64,000 nucleotides of DNA from Octopus bimaculoides (lineage: Eukaryota): assembly GCF_001194135.2 (NCBI RefSeq), contig NC_068994.1, positions 43,816,144 to 43,880,143 on the forward strand, in the 5' to 3' direction. Positions 64,000 to 64,000 of this stretch are shown one piece after another. The notes beneath the pieces were generated by a model. The model worked only from the letters and a program-made list of their open reading frames with translations. It had not been told where the DNA came from and searched no databases. The number at the start of each line of letters is the position of its first letter. The stretch's first letter is position 1. Position numbers and translations under genes: made by a program.

Positions 64000-64000
64000 A

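Overview
AT-rich, microsatellite-saturated animal genomic DNA with 9 assembly gaps (about 2.9 kb of N). The SINE families, the protocadherin type and the repeat load point to an octopus (coleoid cephalopod); this is an inference. The only clear protein-coding gene is a minus-strand protocadherin. One large exon (CDS 55709-53328) encodes a signal peptide, 6 cadherin repeats, a transmembrane helix and the start of the cytoplasmic tail. It ends at a phase-0 GT donor. I find a matching 151-nt phase-0 exon 49.8 kb downstream (3519-3369) that carries a YEEI motif, plus candidate non-coding 5' exons at 60351-60203 and ending at 62426. The rest of the window is intron filled with tRNA-derived SINEs, RTE 3' ends, several non-LTR families with a restriction-like endonuclease (Dong/R4-like in TAA tracts, HERO-like, one in a CATA tract), Penelope-like remnants, a CR1-type RT fragment and a hAT MITE. 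The most striking signal is a 368-bp near-perfect palindrome (20938-21305). Each arm encodes a complete type-I hammerhead ribozyme fold, so the protocadherin pre-mRNA would carry a ribozyme preceded by its own antisense copy. Two further, sequence-unrelated families show the same fold-back architecture with hammerhead-like cores at about 30.1-30.7 kb and 46.3-46.6 kb. All folds, splice sites and family assignments were read by eye and have not been computed.
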